Source: Gallionellaceae bacterium (GTDB lineage: Bacteria > Pseudomonadota > Gammaproteobacteria > Burkholderiales > Thiobacillaceae). Taken from it: 40,000 bases of DNA. Every line of letters begins with the position of its first letter. Within the stretch, counting starts at the first letter, position 1. The notes under the pieces were generated by a model, which saw only the letters and a program-made list of their open reading frames with translations, made no database searches and was not told where the DNA came from. A program made the position numbers and the translations under genes. The DNA lies in contig JAQTLU010000002.1 in assembly GCA_028714735.1 (NCBI GenBank), positions 443,840 to 483,839 on the forward strand, in the 5' to 3' direction. Positions 1 through 9,055 of this stretch are shown in pieces.

Positions 1-1337
1 GCGATCACTACGCCCTGCGCTTCCACAGCCGCCCGGAGTTCATCGGCACCCTCTGGGAGGGGGCGTTGGCGCTGGACGAAGACGGGCGCATCCTGGCGGC
101 CAACCGCAGCGCCCTGTTTCAGCTCGGCTACAAGAAACCGGCCGACCTGCTGGGATTGCGGGTGGCGGACCTGTTCAACACCGGCATGGCCGAACTGTTG
201 GGCAAGAAGAACCAGGGCTGGCTCAACCCGGTTCCGCTCTACGAGGCGCGCCAGGGCAACCGCTTCTTCGGCCTGATCCGCCCGCCGGAAACCCAGACTT
301 CCGCCGCACCGGCTGCCGCTGCCCCGGCCTCCGCCCGTCGCGCCCAGCCCTCGCAGGCGGCCCCGGGCGGGCACAAGGTCATCGGTCTGGACGAATTGCA
401 GTTTGGCGACCAGGCCATGGAGTACAACGTGCGTTGCGCCAGGCGCGTGCTGGGCAAGGATATCCCCATGCTGTTGTCGGGCGAGACGGGTACCGGCAAG
501 GAGGTGTTCGCGCTGGCTGTCCATGCCGAGCAGGCCGGCGAGGGGCGTCCCTTCGTCGCGGTGAACTGCGCCTCCATACCGGAGTCGCTGATCGAGAGCG
601 AATTGTTCGGCTACAAATCCGGCGCCTTCACCGGGGCGACCCGCGAGGGGCGGCGCGGCAAGATTCTCCAGGCCAACGGCGGCACCCTGTTCCTGGACGA
701 GATCGGCGATATGCCGATCATGTTGCAGGCCCGTTTGCTGCGGGTGCTGGAAGAGCGGGAAGTGGTTCCGCTGGGCAGTGAAATCCCGGTCAAGGTCGAT
801 ATCAAACTGATCAGCGCCACCCATCGAAACCTGAAGGAACTGGTGGCGGAAGGCCGCTTCCGCGAGGATTTGTACTACCGCCTGCAAGGCATCACCCTGA
901 ACCTGCCGGCCCTGCGCGAGCGACAGGACAAATGCGCCCTGATCCATCACATCCTCAGCCTGGAATGCGAGGGCGGGGAAGAGGTCGAGTTGAGCGAGGG
1001 CGCCCTGCGCAAGCTGGAGGAGTACGCCTGGCCCGGTAACATCCGCCAGTTGCGCAACGTGTTGCGCACCACCCTGGCCTTGCGGGAAGGCCGCGAGATC
1101 ACCATCTGCGATTTGCCCGGGGAGGTCAGCAATCAGGTGCATTCCAGCCATGTGCGCGCCCATGCCGTCGAGGCATCCCTGGGCGCCCTGGAAAGCGCCG
1201 AGCGGGATGCCATCCTGCAGAGCCTGGAAAAATGCCGCTGGAACGTCACCATAGCGGCCAAGCAACTCAAGGTCAGCCGAAACACCCTCTATCGCAAGAT
1301 GAAAAACCTCAATATACGCAGCACCGAGGAGGAATGA
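1..1337 (+). CDS. Sigma-54-dependent transcriptional activator (bEBP, AcoR/NtrC-like), 5' end outside window
   Basis: The reading frame is open from the window edge, upstream of the TTG at 66. It has Walker A GETGTGKE, the sigma-54 contact motif GAFTGA, and a C-terminal Fis-type HTH (AAKQLKVSRNTLYRKMK). An Ala/Pro-rich linker precedes the AAA+ core. Confidence 0.9.
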   Translation, partial: DHYALRFHSRPEFIGTLWEGALALDEDGRILAANRSALFQLGYKKPADLLGLRVADLFNTGMAELLGKKNQGWLNPVPLYEARQGNRFFGLIRPPETQTSAAPAAAAPASARRAQPSQAAPGGHKVIGLDELQFGDQAMEYNVRCARRVLGKDIPMLLSGETGTGKEVFALAVHAEQAGEGRPFVAVNCASIPESLIESELFGYKSGAFTGATREGRRGKILQANGGTLFLDEIGDMPIMLQARLLRVLEEREVVPLGSEIPVKVDIKLISATHRNLKELVAEGRFREDLYYRLQGITLNLPALRERQDKCALIHHILSLECEGGEEVELSEGALRKLEEYAWPGNIRQLRNVLRTTLALREGREITICDLPGEVSNQVHSSHVRAHAVEASLGALESAERDAILQSLEKCRWNVTIAAKQLKVSRNTLYRKMKNLNIRSTEEE

Positions 1338-1338
1338 T

Positions 1339-1833
1339 TTGTTGTCTTCACCTTTCGTCACCTGGGTCGAACCCGTCGACCTGGGCTTCAATTCCGCGCA
1401 TTTCATCACCTACGGCAATGTCTGCGAGAACCTGCATGGCCACAATTTCCACGCCCGGGTGGCGGCCCACGGCGACGACATGGGGGAAGGTTACGTGCTC
1501 GATTTCGTCGCCCTGACCCGCCTCGCCCGGGATATCTGCGAGGAACTCTCCGACCGGGTGATCCTGCCTGGCAACAGTCCGGTGGTGCGCCTCGAAGAAG
1601 AGGATGGCCTGGTCAAGGTGAGCAGTTTCGGCAAGCGTTACTGGCTGGAGCGGGACGGCTGCGCCATCCTGCCGATCGGCAACGCCACCGCGGAACTTGT
1701 CGCCCGCTACATCGGCAGCCGACTTGTCGATGTCCTTGGCCGGGAAGGGCTGGACGGCAACCTGCGCCTGCTGGAGGTGGGCGTGGAAGAGGCCGACCGC
1801 CAGTGGGGCATCTCCCGCCACGCGCTGTCATGA
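1339..1833 (+). CDS. 6-pyruvoyl-tetrahydropterin synthase (PTPS/QueD) family protein, pterin cofactor biosynthesis
   Basis: 164 aa with a TTG start 1 nt after the upstream stop. It carries the family motif C-E-N-L-H-G-H (CxxxHGH) and an upstream AHF histidine. The size is typical of a single-domain PTPS. Confidence 0.8.
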   Translation: MLSSPFVTWVEPVDLGFNSAHFITYGNVCENLHGHNFHARVAAHGDDMGEGYVLDFVALTRLARDICEELSDRVILPGNSPVVRLEEEDGLVKVSSFGKRYWLERDGCAILPIGNATAELVARYIGSRLVDVLGREGLDGNLRLLEVGVEEADRQWGISRHALS

Positions 1834-2387
1834 CCCGGCGTCAAGCACCGCGCATCGCCTGGGGGCTTACCGGTTCCGGCCATTACCTGCGCGAAAGCCT
1901 GGAGTACATCGAGACCCTGCCCGAGGTGGACCTGTTCGTCACCAAGGCCGCCGTCGAGGTGCTCAGCATGTACGGCATCCCCCTCGATAGGCTGCGCGAA
2001 AGGCACCGGGTATTCCAGGACCACACCGCCAGCAGCGTGCCGGTGGGCTTCCTCTATTCCGGCCACTATCACACCCTGGTCATCGGCCCGGCCACGTCCA
2101 ACACGGTGGCCAAGTGCGTGGCCGGCATTTCCGACACCCTGGTGACCAACCTGTACGCCCAGGCCGGCAAGTGCCGGGTGCCCAGCATCGTTTTCGCTTG
2201 CGACTGCGAGTCCACCGTGATCACCGAGGCGCCGGGGCAAACCGTCACCCTGTATCCGCGCCCCATCGACCTGGCAAATACCGAGCGACTGAAAGACCAT
2301 CCCTACACCACGGTGGCGGAAGATCTCGCAGCGCTGAAGGCGGCCATCGACGAGCGGCTGGCATGCCTGAACGTATCCTTTTCCTGA
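1830..2387 (+). CDS. Flavoprotein of the archaeal AfpA / dihydromethanopterin reductase (DmrB)-like family
   Basis: The ATG at 1830 overlaps the upstream stop (ATGA). N-terminal RIAWGLTGSGHYL resembles the flavoprotein (PF02441-type) FMN-binding start. It sits in an H4MPT biosynthesis context. The ORF-track start at 1803 would overlap the previous gene more. Confidence 0.7.
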   Translation: MTRRQAPRIAWGLTGSGHYLRESLEYIETLPEVDLFVTKAAVEVLSMYGIPLDRLRERHRVFQDHTASSVPVGFLYSGHYHTLVIGPATSNTVAKCVAGISDTLVTNLYAQAGKCRVPSIVFACDCESTVITEAPGQTVTLYPRPIDLANTERLKDHPYTTVAEDLAALKAAIDERLACLNVSFS

Positions 2388-3766
2388 CCGGCCGTCTGGC
2401 CGAGCCGCAGCTCAGGCGCGTGCTCGCCGAGCTGGGCGAGGCCGGTTTCGCCTGGGAGGTGCAGGTGCTCGGGGTGCAGGTGGCCGCCCTGATGACGGCC
2501 GACATGATCCGGCGCCGGCTGACCGATACCCGCGGGGCGGACCGCATCCTGGTGCCGGGCCGCTGTCGCGGCGACCTGGCCGCCCTGTCTGCCCATTTCG
2601 GCATTCCGGTGGAACGGGGTCCGGACGAACTCATGGACCTGCCCGAGTTCTTCGGCCGCAAACGCCGCGCGCCGGACCTGTCCCGCCACGATGTGAGCGT
2701 GTTTGCCGAATTGGTGGAGGCGCCGCGCATGTCGGTGGAGGCCATCCTGGCCCAGGCGGCGGACTATGCCGCCGACGGCGCGGACGTGATCGACATCGGC
2801 GGTTTGCCGCAGACCCCCTTCCCTCACCTGGAGGAGGCGGTGCAGGCCCTGAAGGGCGCCGGCTACAAGGTCAGCGTCGATTCCATGGACCCGGACGAGC
2901 TCCTGCGCGGCGGCCGCGCCGGCGCCGACTACCTGCTCTCGCTGACCAGCCAGACCCTGCACCTGCTCGACCAGGTGGCCGCCACGCCGATCCTCATTCC
3001 CGCCCGGCACGGCGACCTGGACGACCTCGTCGCCGCCATGGAGCGGCTCGAGGCCCAGGGCCGGGCCTATCTCGCCGACCCCATCCTCGACCCGCTGCCT
3101 TTCGGCTTCGCCGCCTCGCTGGCCCGCTACCACGAACTGCGTCGACGCATGCCGCAGGCCGAGATGCTGATGGGCTGCGGCAATGTCTCGGAACTCACCG
3201 ACGCCGATACGCCGGGCATCCACGCCCTGCTCCTGGGGGTCATGGCGGAGTTGGGTATCCGCGCCCTGCTGACCACGCAGGTCAGTCCGCACTGCCGCAG
3301 CGCGGTGAGGGAAATCGACATGGCCCGGCGCATCATGTTCGCCGCCATGGAATCCCGGAGCCTGCCCCGGGACTGGAGCGACGCCCTGCTGGGATTGCGC
3401 CATCGCAAGCCCTTTCCCTACGGCCAGGATGAGATCGCCAGCATGGCCGAGGCGGTGAAGGACCCCAGTTTCCGGGTCCAGGTCAGCCGCAGCGGTGTAC
3501 ATGTTTTCAACCGGGACGGCCTGCATACCGCCACCGACCCCTTCGCATTGTGGCCCCACCTCAAGCTGGAACAGGATGGCGGCCACGCCTTCTACCTGGG
3601 GGTCGAGCTGGCCCGGGCCCAGATCGCCTGGCAGCTGGGCAAACGCTACAACCAGGATGAGGAGCTGGCCTGGGGCTGCATGGTGCGGCGTCCGGACGCC
3701 GGCACGAACCCGGCCTGCGGCCCGGTCAGCAGCCACAGCAGTCCCAACAGCGAACCGCCGCCATGA
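2363..3766 (+). CDS. Dihydropteroate synthase-like pterin-binding protein (H4MPT biosynthesis type)
   Basis: Start chosen at ATG 2363 (MPERILFLTGRL...). The upstream part of the 550-aa ORF is Arg/Pro-rich and overlaps the flavoprotein gene. The central region resembles a DHPS TIM barrel (ADGADVIDIGG...SVDS). It is distinct from the canonical folP at 22859. Confidence 0.75.
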   Translation: MPERILFLTGRLAEPQLRRVLAELGEAGFAWEVQVLGVQVAALMTADMIRRRLTDTRGADRILVPGRCRGDLAALSAHFGIPVERGPDELMDLPEFFGRKRRAPDLSRHDVSVFAELVEAPRMSVEAILAQAADYAADGADVIDIGGLPQTPFPHLEEAVQALKGAGYKVSVDSMDPDELLRGGRAGADYLLSLTSQTLHLLDQVAATPILIPARHGDLDDLVAAMERLEAQGRAYLADPILDPLPFGFAASLARYHELRRRMPQAEMLMGCGNVSELTDADTPGIHALLLGVMAELGIRALLTTQVSPHCRSAVREIDMARRIMFAAMESRSLPRDWSDALLGLRHRKPFPYGQDEIASMAEAVKDPSFRVQVSRSGVHVFNRDGLHTATDPFALWPHLKLEQDGGHAFYLGVELARAQIAWQLGKRYNQDEELAWGCMVRRPDAGTNPACGPVSSHSSPNSEPPP

Positions 3767-4335
3767 GCCTGATCCACGAAGCCATACTCACCACCCGCGC
3801 CCCCGACGGCGGCACTCACATTGCACCCCTGGGCTTCCGGCGCGAGGGCGAATTCATCGTCCTGGCGCCTTTCCATCCCTCCCGAAGCCTGGATAACCTG
3901 CGCGCCAGAGGCGTTGCCGCCCTCAACCACACGGACGACGTGCGGGTCTACGCCGGCAGCCTCACGGGCCGCCGCGACTGGCCCATGACGGCCTGCGGGC
4001 GCATCGCCTGCGGCCGCCTGGCCGAGGCGCTGAGCCATGTCGAACTGGTCGTGGCCAGGGTCGAGGAAGATCCGGTGCGCCCCCGCTTCCTGTGCCGGGA
4101 GGTGGCCGGCGCCAGCCACGCGGCCTACCCCGGCTACAACCGCGCCCAGGCCGCCGTCATCGAGGCGTGCATCCTGGTCAGCCGCCTGGACCGGCTGTCG
4201 GCGGACAAGGTGGCGCAGGAAATGGATTACCTGGGCATCGCCATCGAGAAGACCGCCGGTCCCAGGGAGTGGGAGGCGTGGGGGTGGCTGCAGGACAGGG
4301 TCGCCGGCCATCTGGCCCGGGAGCGGGCGGCATGA
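3763..4335 (+). CDS. DUF447-family protein associated with H4MPT biosynthesis clusters
   Basis: 190 aa with an ATGA overlap with the upstream gene. The N-terminus EAILTTRAPDGGTHIAPLGF is typical of DUF447 as I recall it. The assignment rests on family memory and context. Confidence 0.6.
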   Translation: MSLIHEAILTTRAPDGGTHIAPLGFRREGEFIVLAPFHPSRSLDNLRARGVAALNHTDDVRVYAGSLTGRRDWPMTACGRIACGRLAEALSHVELVVARVEEDPVRPRFLCREVAGASHAAYPGYNRAQAAVIEACILVSRLDRLSADKVAQEMDYLGIAIEKTAGPREWEAWGWLQDRVAGHLARERAA

Positions 4336-5030
4336 CCGGCTGGCTCGCCAGCATCGTCGATGTCGACGAGGCGAGGCAGGTCCTGGCCGCCGGCGCCGAC
4401 ATCGTCGATGCCAAGAATCCCCATGCCGGCGCCCTGGGCGCCCTCGACCTGGAGGTCGTGGCGGCCATCGTCGCGGCGGTTGCGCAACGGCGGCCGGTCA
4501 GCGCCACCATCGGCGACTTCCCCGACATGCCGGCCGAGGCCGTCACCCGGGCGGTGACAGCCATGGCAGGCACCGGCGTGGATTTCGTGAAGATCGGCCT
4601 GTTCCCGGGCCCGGGCCTGGATCCCTGCCTGCAGGCACTGGCGCCCCTGGCCCGCCGCCAGCGCCTGGTGGCCGTGCTGTTTGCCGACCGGGTGCCTGAT
4701 TTTCGCCTGCCGGCCAGGCTGGCCGGGCTCGGCTTCGCCGGCGTGATGCTGGATACGGCCGACAAGTCCGCAGGCGGCCTGCTGGCGCACCAGTCCCCGG
4801 CCAGGCTGGCGGAATTCGTGGCCTTGGCCCGTCGCTCGGGCCTGCTGTGCGGACTGGCGGGCTCCCTCAAGGTCGCCGATATTCCCCACCTGCTGCCGTT
4901 CGTGCCGGAGTACCTTGGCTTTCGCGGCGCCCTTTGCCATCAGCATGCCCGTACCCGCTCGTTGGATCCGGCTGCCCTGGCCTCGCTTGGCCGGGCCATG
5001 GCGAGCGCGGCGTCGCCGACGGGCGCCTAG
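4332..5030 (+). CDS. mfnB: (5-formylfuran-3-yl)methyl phosphate synthase, MfnB/DUF556 family (methanofuran biosynthesis)
   Basis: The ATG at 4332 overlaps the upstream stop. MTGWLASIVDVDEARQVLAAGADIVDAKNPHAGALGAL matches the MfnB N-terminal signature (..S V .. EA ... GADIID.KNP..GALGA). The earlier part of the 312-aa track ORF is low-complexity overlap. Confidence 0.75.
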   Translation: MTGWLASIVDVDEARQVLAAGADIVDAKNPHAGALGALDLEVVAAIVAAVAQRRPVSATIGDFPDMPAEAVTRAVTAMAGTGVDFVKIGLFPGPGLDPCLQALAPLARRQRLVAVLFADRVPDFRLPARLAGLGFAGVMLDTADKSAGGLLAHQSPARLAEFVALARRSGLLCGLAGSLKVADIPHLLPFVPEYLGFRGALCHQHARTRSLDPAALASLGRAMASAASPTGA

Positions 5031-5620
5031 TCGGCCTTCGCCTTCGCCTTCGCCAGCCAGGCACCCAGCGCAGCCGGGTCGTCATGGCCGAGGATGCCGA
5101 CGGGCCGGCCGAAGGCGGCGGCGAAGCCGGCGAAGGCCGTATCCACCCGGTGCCGATCGGCCGCAGGATCGAAGGCGTGTACGCCGTCGGGGCCGTGCTT
5201 GATCAGGGCCAGGGCGTCGGCGTCGAGGACGCCGGCCAGCCAGGCCGCCAGGCTGTCCGAGGTGACCGACCAGGCCTCCGGTATGTCCGGGGCCTGCAGA
5301 CACATGGCCGCGGGTTGCCAGACCGGCGTCCGTCCCCGCTCCAGGATGGCCGCGATGGTTTGGCTGGAGGCGGCGGGCAGCAGGCCTGGATGCAGGTCGC
5401 ACAAGGCCAGGCCGTATTGCTCCATGGCCAGCAGGGCCATCCTGTGGGCCGTGGCGTCGGAAAAGCCCAGGCGCGCCTGGGTGATCCGCACCGCGTCGGC
5501 ATAGGGGCCGCCGCCGGGGACCACCACCACCTGCCCTCCCGCCCCGGACAGCGCCTCCAGCCAATCGGGCAGGCGCGGGGCGTCGAGCAGGCTGCCGCCC
5601 AGCTTCACGACCCTGAGCAT
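5027..5620 (-). CDS. Amino-acid-kinase-fold protein (aspartate/glutamate/uridylate kinase family), MfnE-like candidate
   Basis: Start at MLRVVKLGGSLL (5620), which is the kinase-fold N-terminal motif. There is a C-terminal AKAKAKAD tail. Its stop shares the tetranucleotide CTAG with the convergent mfnB stop. Confidence 0.7.
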   Translation of the reverse strand: MLRVVKLGGSLLDAPRLPDWLEALSGAGGQVVVVPGGGPYADAVRITQARLGFSDATAHRMALLAMEQYGLALCDLHPGLLPAASSQTIAAILERGRTPVWQPAAMCLQAPDIPEAWSVTSDSLAAWLAGVLDADALALIKHGPDGVHAFDPAADRHRVDTAFAGFAAAFGRPVGILGHDDPAALGAWLAKAKAKAD

Positions 5621-7023
5621 TGCGCGTCGTCCATGCCGCTGCCGCACTCTTGCGCCAGTCGCAACAGGGCGGCCGCCTTGTCCAGGCATTCCTGATATTC
5701 CTCATCCGCCTGGGAGTCGGCGACGATGCCGCCGCCGGCCCAGAAGCGCAGTTGCGCGCCGGAGCTGACCAGGGTGCGGATGGCGATGTTGGTGTCCATG
5801 TCGCCGTTGAAGCCCAGCCAGCCGATGGCGCCGCAATACACGCCACGCCGGTCGGGCTCCAGTTCCTCGATGATCTCCATGGCACGCAGCTTGGGCGCCC
5901 CGGTGATGGAGCCGCCGGGGAAGCAGGCACGCAGCAGGGCGACCGCGTCGACGTCCTTGCTCAGGCGTCCGATCACGGTGCTGACCAGATGATGAACGGT
6001 GGCGAAGCTCTCGATCTCAAACAGCCGGGGCACGGCCACGGAGCCGGGGACACAGGACTTGCCCAGGTCGTTGCGCAACAGGTCCACGATCATCAGGTTC
6101 TCGGCCCGGTCCTTGATGCTGCCCTGCAACTCGCGTGCAAGAGCGGAGTCCGCTTCCGGCGCCGCGGCGCGGGGCCGCGTGCCCTTGATGGGTTTGGTTT
6201 CCACGCGGCCCTGTCGAACCACCAGGAAACGTTCCGGCGAGGAGGAGAGCACGCGGACGGCCGGGTGGTTGAGATAGGCGGAATAAGGGGCCGGATTGAG
6301 CCGGCGCAAGGCCTGGTAGCCGAGCCAGTGGTCTCCCGCCACCGGGGCGGAAAAACGCTGGGCCAGATTCACCTGGTAGCAGTCGCCGGCGGCGATGTAG
6401 CGCTGTATGCGGGCAAAGGCCTGGCGATAGGCAGCCGGGTCGAAGTTGCTGCGCATCGGGCCGACCCGGAAAGGCGGCCGCGCCGGGATGCGGTCAGCGG
6501 CGATCGGGGGCGCACTGAACAGGGCCACCAGCTTGTCCCAGTCGCGCTCGGTGCGCGGGTCCCGGAGTGCACCCGCCAGACAGGCCGTACGTTGTTCATG
6601 GTCGACCACCACCGCCCAGTCGTAGATGCCCACGGCCATTTCAGGGATCGCTTCGGCGTCCCGGGCCTGGCAGGGCAGGCGTTCCACCCGGCGGGCCAGG
6701 TCGTAGCCGAAATAGCCGATGGCGCCGCCGGCGAAGGGCAGTTCGTGGCCGATCCCGTCCGCCGCCAGGTGTTGGCGCAGCAATGCGAAGGGGTCGCCGG
6801 GAGACAGGCTGACGGCGGCCTGCCGGTCGGGGCCGTATCGGCGGATCTCGGTCATGCCGCCCCGCGTGACCAGGGTGGTGCTGGGCCGGGCGGCCAGGAT
6901 ATCGAGGCGTCCGGCGCTGGTGCGGGGGCGGCCGCTGTCCAGGAACACGGACCAGGGTTCGTCGGCGATCGCCTCGAACAACAAGGCGCTGTCGGGGCGA
7001 TAGGGGATGGCCGTCATGCGCAT
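5605..7023 (-). CDS. pabB: Aminodeoxychorismate synthase component I (para-aminobenzoate synthase)
   Basis: About 470 aa of the chorismate-binding enzyme family (…SSSPERFL…, GGSITGAPK, GVYCGAIGW). The start MRMTAIPY at 7023 is chosen over the upstream M at 7071. pABA is a precursor of both folate and methanopterin. Confidence 0.85.
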   Translation of the reverse strand: MRMTAIPYRPDSALLFEAIADEPWSVFLDSGRPRTSAGRLDILAARPSTTLVTRGGMTEIRRYGPDRQAAVSLSPGDPFALLRQHLAADGIGHELPFAGGAIGYFGYDLARRVERLPCQARDAEAIPEMAVGIYDWAVVVDHEQRTACLAGALRDPRTERDWDKLVALFSAPPIAADRIPARPPFRVGPMRSNFDPAAYRQAFARIQRYIAAGDCYQVNLAQRFSAPVAGDHWLGYQALRRLNPAPYSAYLNHPAVRVLSSSPERFLVVRQGRVETKPIKGTRPRAAAPEADSALARELQGSIKDRAENLMIVDLLRNDLGKSCVPGSVAVPRLFEIESFATVHHLVSTVIGRLSKDVDAVALLRACFPGGSITGAPKLRAMEIIEELEPDRRGVYCGAIGWLGFNGDMDTNIAIRTLVSSGAQLRFWAGGGIVADSQADEEYQECLDKAAALLRLAQECGSGMDDAQCSGS

Positions 7024-8042
7024 GGTTTGTCCTTCATCAACAGGCGTCCTACCGCCAGGGCCGGGGCGCACCAGTCGGCGTGTTCGGCGGCGCTGTCGGG
7101 CAGGAGGCGATGGAAACCCAGCACCGGCCGTCTCAGGCGGGCGCCCAGGTGCGGCCCCAGGAAGGCGCCGGCGCCGGCCATCACCAGGGGGGCGTCGGCG
7201 CTGGGCAGCGCCTGGGACAGCACCTGGCGCAGCGACCGTTCGATGCGGTTCAACTGGGCCTGGGCGAACCAGGCCGCCAATTCGCTCCAGGCCGCCTCCG
7301 GCAGTTCCCCGACATCCCTGCCTACCATCCGGGCCAGGCGCCGGCGGCTGGCCGCCCGGGTCTTCGGGCCGCCGTCGGCGCTGTCATGCTGGTCAGCCGC
7401 CTCGGGCAGCCAGCCGAGGACCCGGTAGACGTCGGCGCTGGTGGCGAAATGCTCCGCCATGACCGGCAGCCAGCGGCCGGCGACCGGGGCCTGGTCCGCG
7501 AGGGCCATGGCCGGGGTGCGCACCACGCCGGTGTAGAGCAATTCGCCGGCGGCCAGGCGGTCGCTGTCGCCCTGGCTGTCGGTGGCGACGCCGCCGTTGC
7601 GCACCGGGATGATGTCCGTGGTGGTGCTGCCGATGTCCACCAGCAGCGCGTCCTCGATATGGCTGGCCAGCAGGCGCGCTGTCGCGTACCAGTTGGCGGA
7701 CGCCACCCGGTCGGCGGCGCGGCCCAGATCGTTGCCGCCCAGCCAGCCGGCGGCGCCGGCGAAAAACCAGACCGGAGCGGGTTGCAGGCGTTGCCGCATG
7801 GCCTCGGCCAGGGCGTTCACGCCCGCTTCCCGGGAACTGAACAGGTCGGTCATTTCCCCGGTCATGGTGATGCCATGGCAGGCCGCGGCAGTGCCCGCCA
7901 GCTCCAGCAGGCGATCCAGGGCGGTCGCGAGCCGGTCCATGCCGCGCCAGAGCGGGCAGGGCACCTGCCAGACGCCCGATACGACGCCGTCCGCTTCCAC
8001 CCGGGCCGCCTTCAGATGGGCGCCGCCCACATCCCAGCCCAT
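7014..8042 (-). CDS. Hydantoinase-A/ASKHA-fold protein of the H4MPT-linked C1 transfer pathway family (MfnF-like candidate)
   Basis: Start at MGWDVGGAHLK (8042), an ASKHA phosphate-1-like motif, with a later LVDIGSTTTD motif. The upstream portion of the 431-aa track ORF is Arg/Gly/Pro-rich. Confidence 0.7.
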   Translation of the reverse strand: MGWDVGGAHLKAARVEADGVVSGVWQVPCPLWRGMDRLATALDRLLELAGTAAACHGITMTGEMTDLFSSREAGVNALAEAMRQRLQPAPVWFFAGAAGWLGGNDLGRAADRVASANWYATARLLASHIEDALLVDIGSTTTDIIPVRNGGVATDSQGDSDRLAAGELLYTGVVRTPAMALADQAPVAGRWLPVMAEHFATSADVYRVLGWLPEAADQHDSADGGPKTRAASRRRLARMVGRDVGELPEAAWSELAAWFAQAQLNRIERSLRQVLSQALPSADAPLVMAGAGAFLGPHLGARLRRPVLGFHRLLPDSAAEHADWCAPALAVGRLLMKDKPCA

Positions 8043-8059
8043 GACCCCGCCGGCGCGGT

Positions 8060-9055
8060 TCACGCGGCGATCCTTTCCGGGCTGGGCGCACAGGTTTCGG
8101 CCAGGGTCACCGGGACGAGGGCATGGCAGGGCGTGAATTCGGGCAGGGCCAGCACGCGTTGCGCCGGATTGCTGGCCATGGCCGCATGCAGGCCGGCGTA
8201 GGACAGGGTAAGGCGCGGATTGATCTCCAGTACGCGGGGCCCGTCCGCCGCCGCGACCAGATCGATGCCCACGTATCCCCACAGATCCGGCAGGGCCTCG
8301 GCGATGCACCGGGCGACCGCTTCATAGCGTCCGTCCGGATCGGCCATGGCGTTGACGGTGACGCCGCGGAAGCGGAAGCGGCCATCCTCAAGGCTGACCT
8401 GCTGGCGGTTCACGCTCAGCAGTTGTGCCTGGCCGTCGCAGCACAGGATGGACAGGGAGATCGACTCCCCGGCCAGGTAATACTGGAAGGCGAAATTTTT
8501 GCCGCCGTTGGCCAGCACCCAGGCCTCGGCTGCGTGCAAGCACTCGAAATGGAACGTGTCCTGGCAGCCGGCGCCGTCGTCGGGTTTTGCCACCAGCGGC
8601 CGGTCTGCGCTCATCAGGAAAGGCGAGCTGTAGGTTCTTGCCACCCGCACACCGGAGGCGGCGAGGTGCTGCAGGGTGGCGTGCTTGCTGGCCGCCACGC
8701 GCACCGCATCGGGGTGGCAGCCGAGCAGGCGCTTGCCCGCGGCCAGGATGTCCCGGCTCAGGCGCTCCAGGATGCCGTCGCATTCCGGCGCTATCGGCCA
8801 GACGGCGTCCGCCGCCGCCAGGCATTGGCGGAAATCCTCGGCAAAGCGCTCCGCACTGGTGGCGACGACCTCCAGGCGCGGTCGCTGCGGCATCGCCAGG
8901 CGGCTGTCCCGCATGCTGATGACTTCCACTTCGTCCAGGGCGATGAGATCATCCACCAAGGCCTGCCACATGGCCTCGCCGTCGCCGAGCAGGCCGGACA
9001 GCGGCTGGTCGGCATAGCCCCCGCCGGTAACATATTCGAAGACAAAGATTCTCAT
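8060..9055 (-). CDS. ATP-grasp ligase (COG1821/MfnD-like, tyramine-glutamate ligase candidate)
   Basis: 331 aa. It has the N-terminus MRIFVFEYVTGGG, and the C-terminal LEINPRLT is typical of the ATP-grasp fold. Confidence 0.7.
   Translation of the reverse strand: MRIFVFEYVTGGGYADQPLSGLLGDGEAMWQALVDDLIALDEVEVISMRDSRLAMPQRPRLEVVATSAERFAEDFRQCLAAADAVWPIAPECDGILERLSRDILAAGKRLLGCHPDAVRVAASKHATLQHLAASGVRVARTYSSPFLMSADRPLVAKPDDGAGCQDTFHFECLHAAEAWVLANGGKNFAFQYYLAGESISLSILCCDGQAQLLSVNRQQVSLEDGRFRFRGVTVNAMADPDGRYEAVARCIAEALPDLWGYVGIDLVAAADGPRVLEINPRLTLSYAGLHAAMASNPAQRVLALPEFTPCHALVPVTLAETCAPSPERIAA

Noticed and set aside
5034-5054. Tandem repeat (GCCTTC)x3 plus GCC.
   Set aside because: It lies inside the 3' end of the kinase-fold gene and simply encodes its AKAKAKA tail. 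Nothing indicates a regulatory or mobile-element repeat.
5620-7428. 602-aa plus-strand ORF, and other very long ORFs antisense or out of frame to recognised genes: 2303-3736 (-), 8123-9358 (+), 13443-14831 (+), 18850-20598 (-), 25717-27642 (+), 25778-28165 (-), 34869-36548 (-), 37815-39371 (+).
   Set aside because: Their translations are low-complexity Arg/Gly/Pro/Ala/His-rich strings with no recognisable motifs. Each lies opposite, or in an alternative frame of, a gene with clear family signatures. Long spurious ORFs like these are expected in GC-rich DNA.
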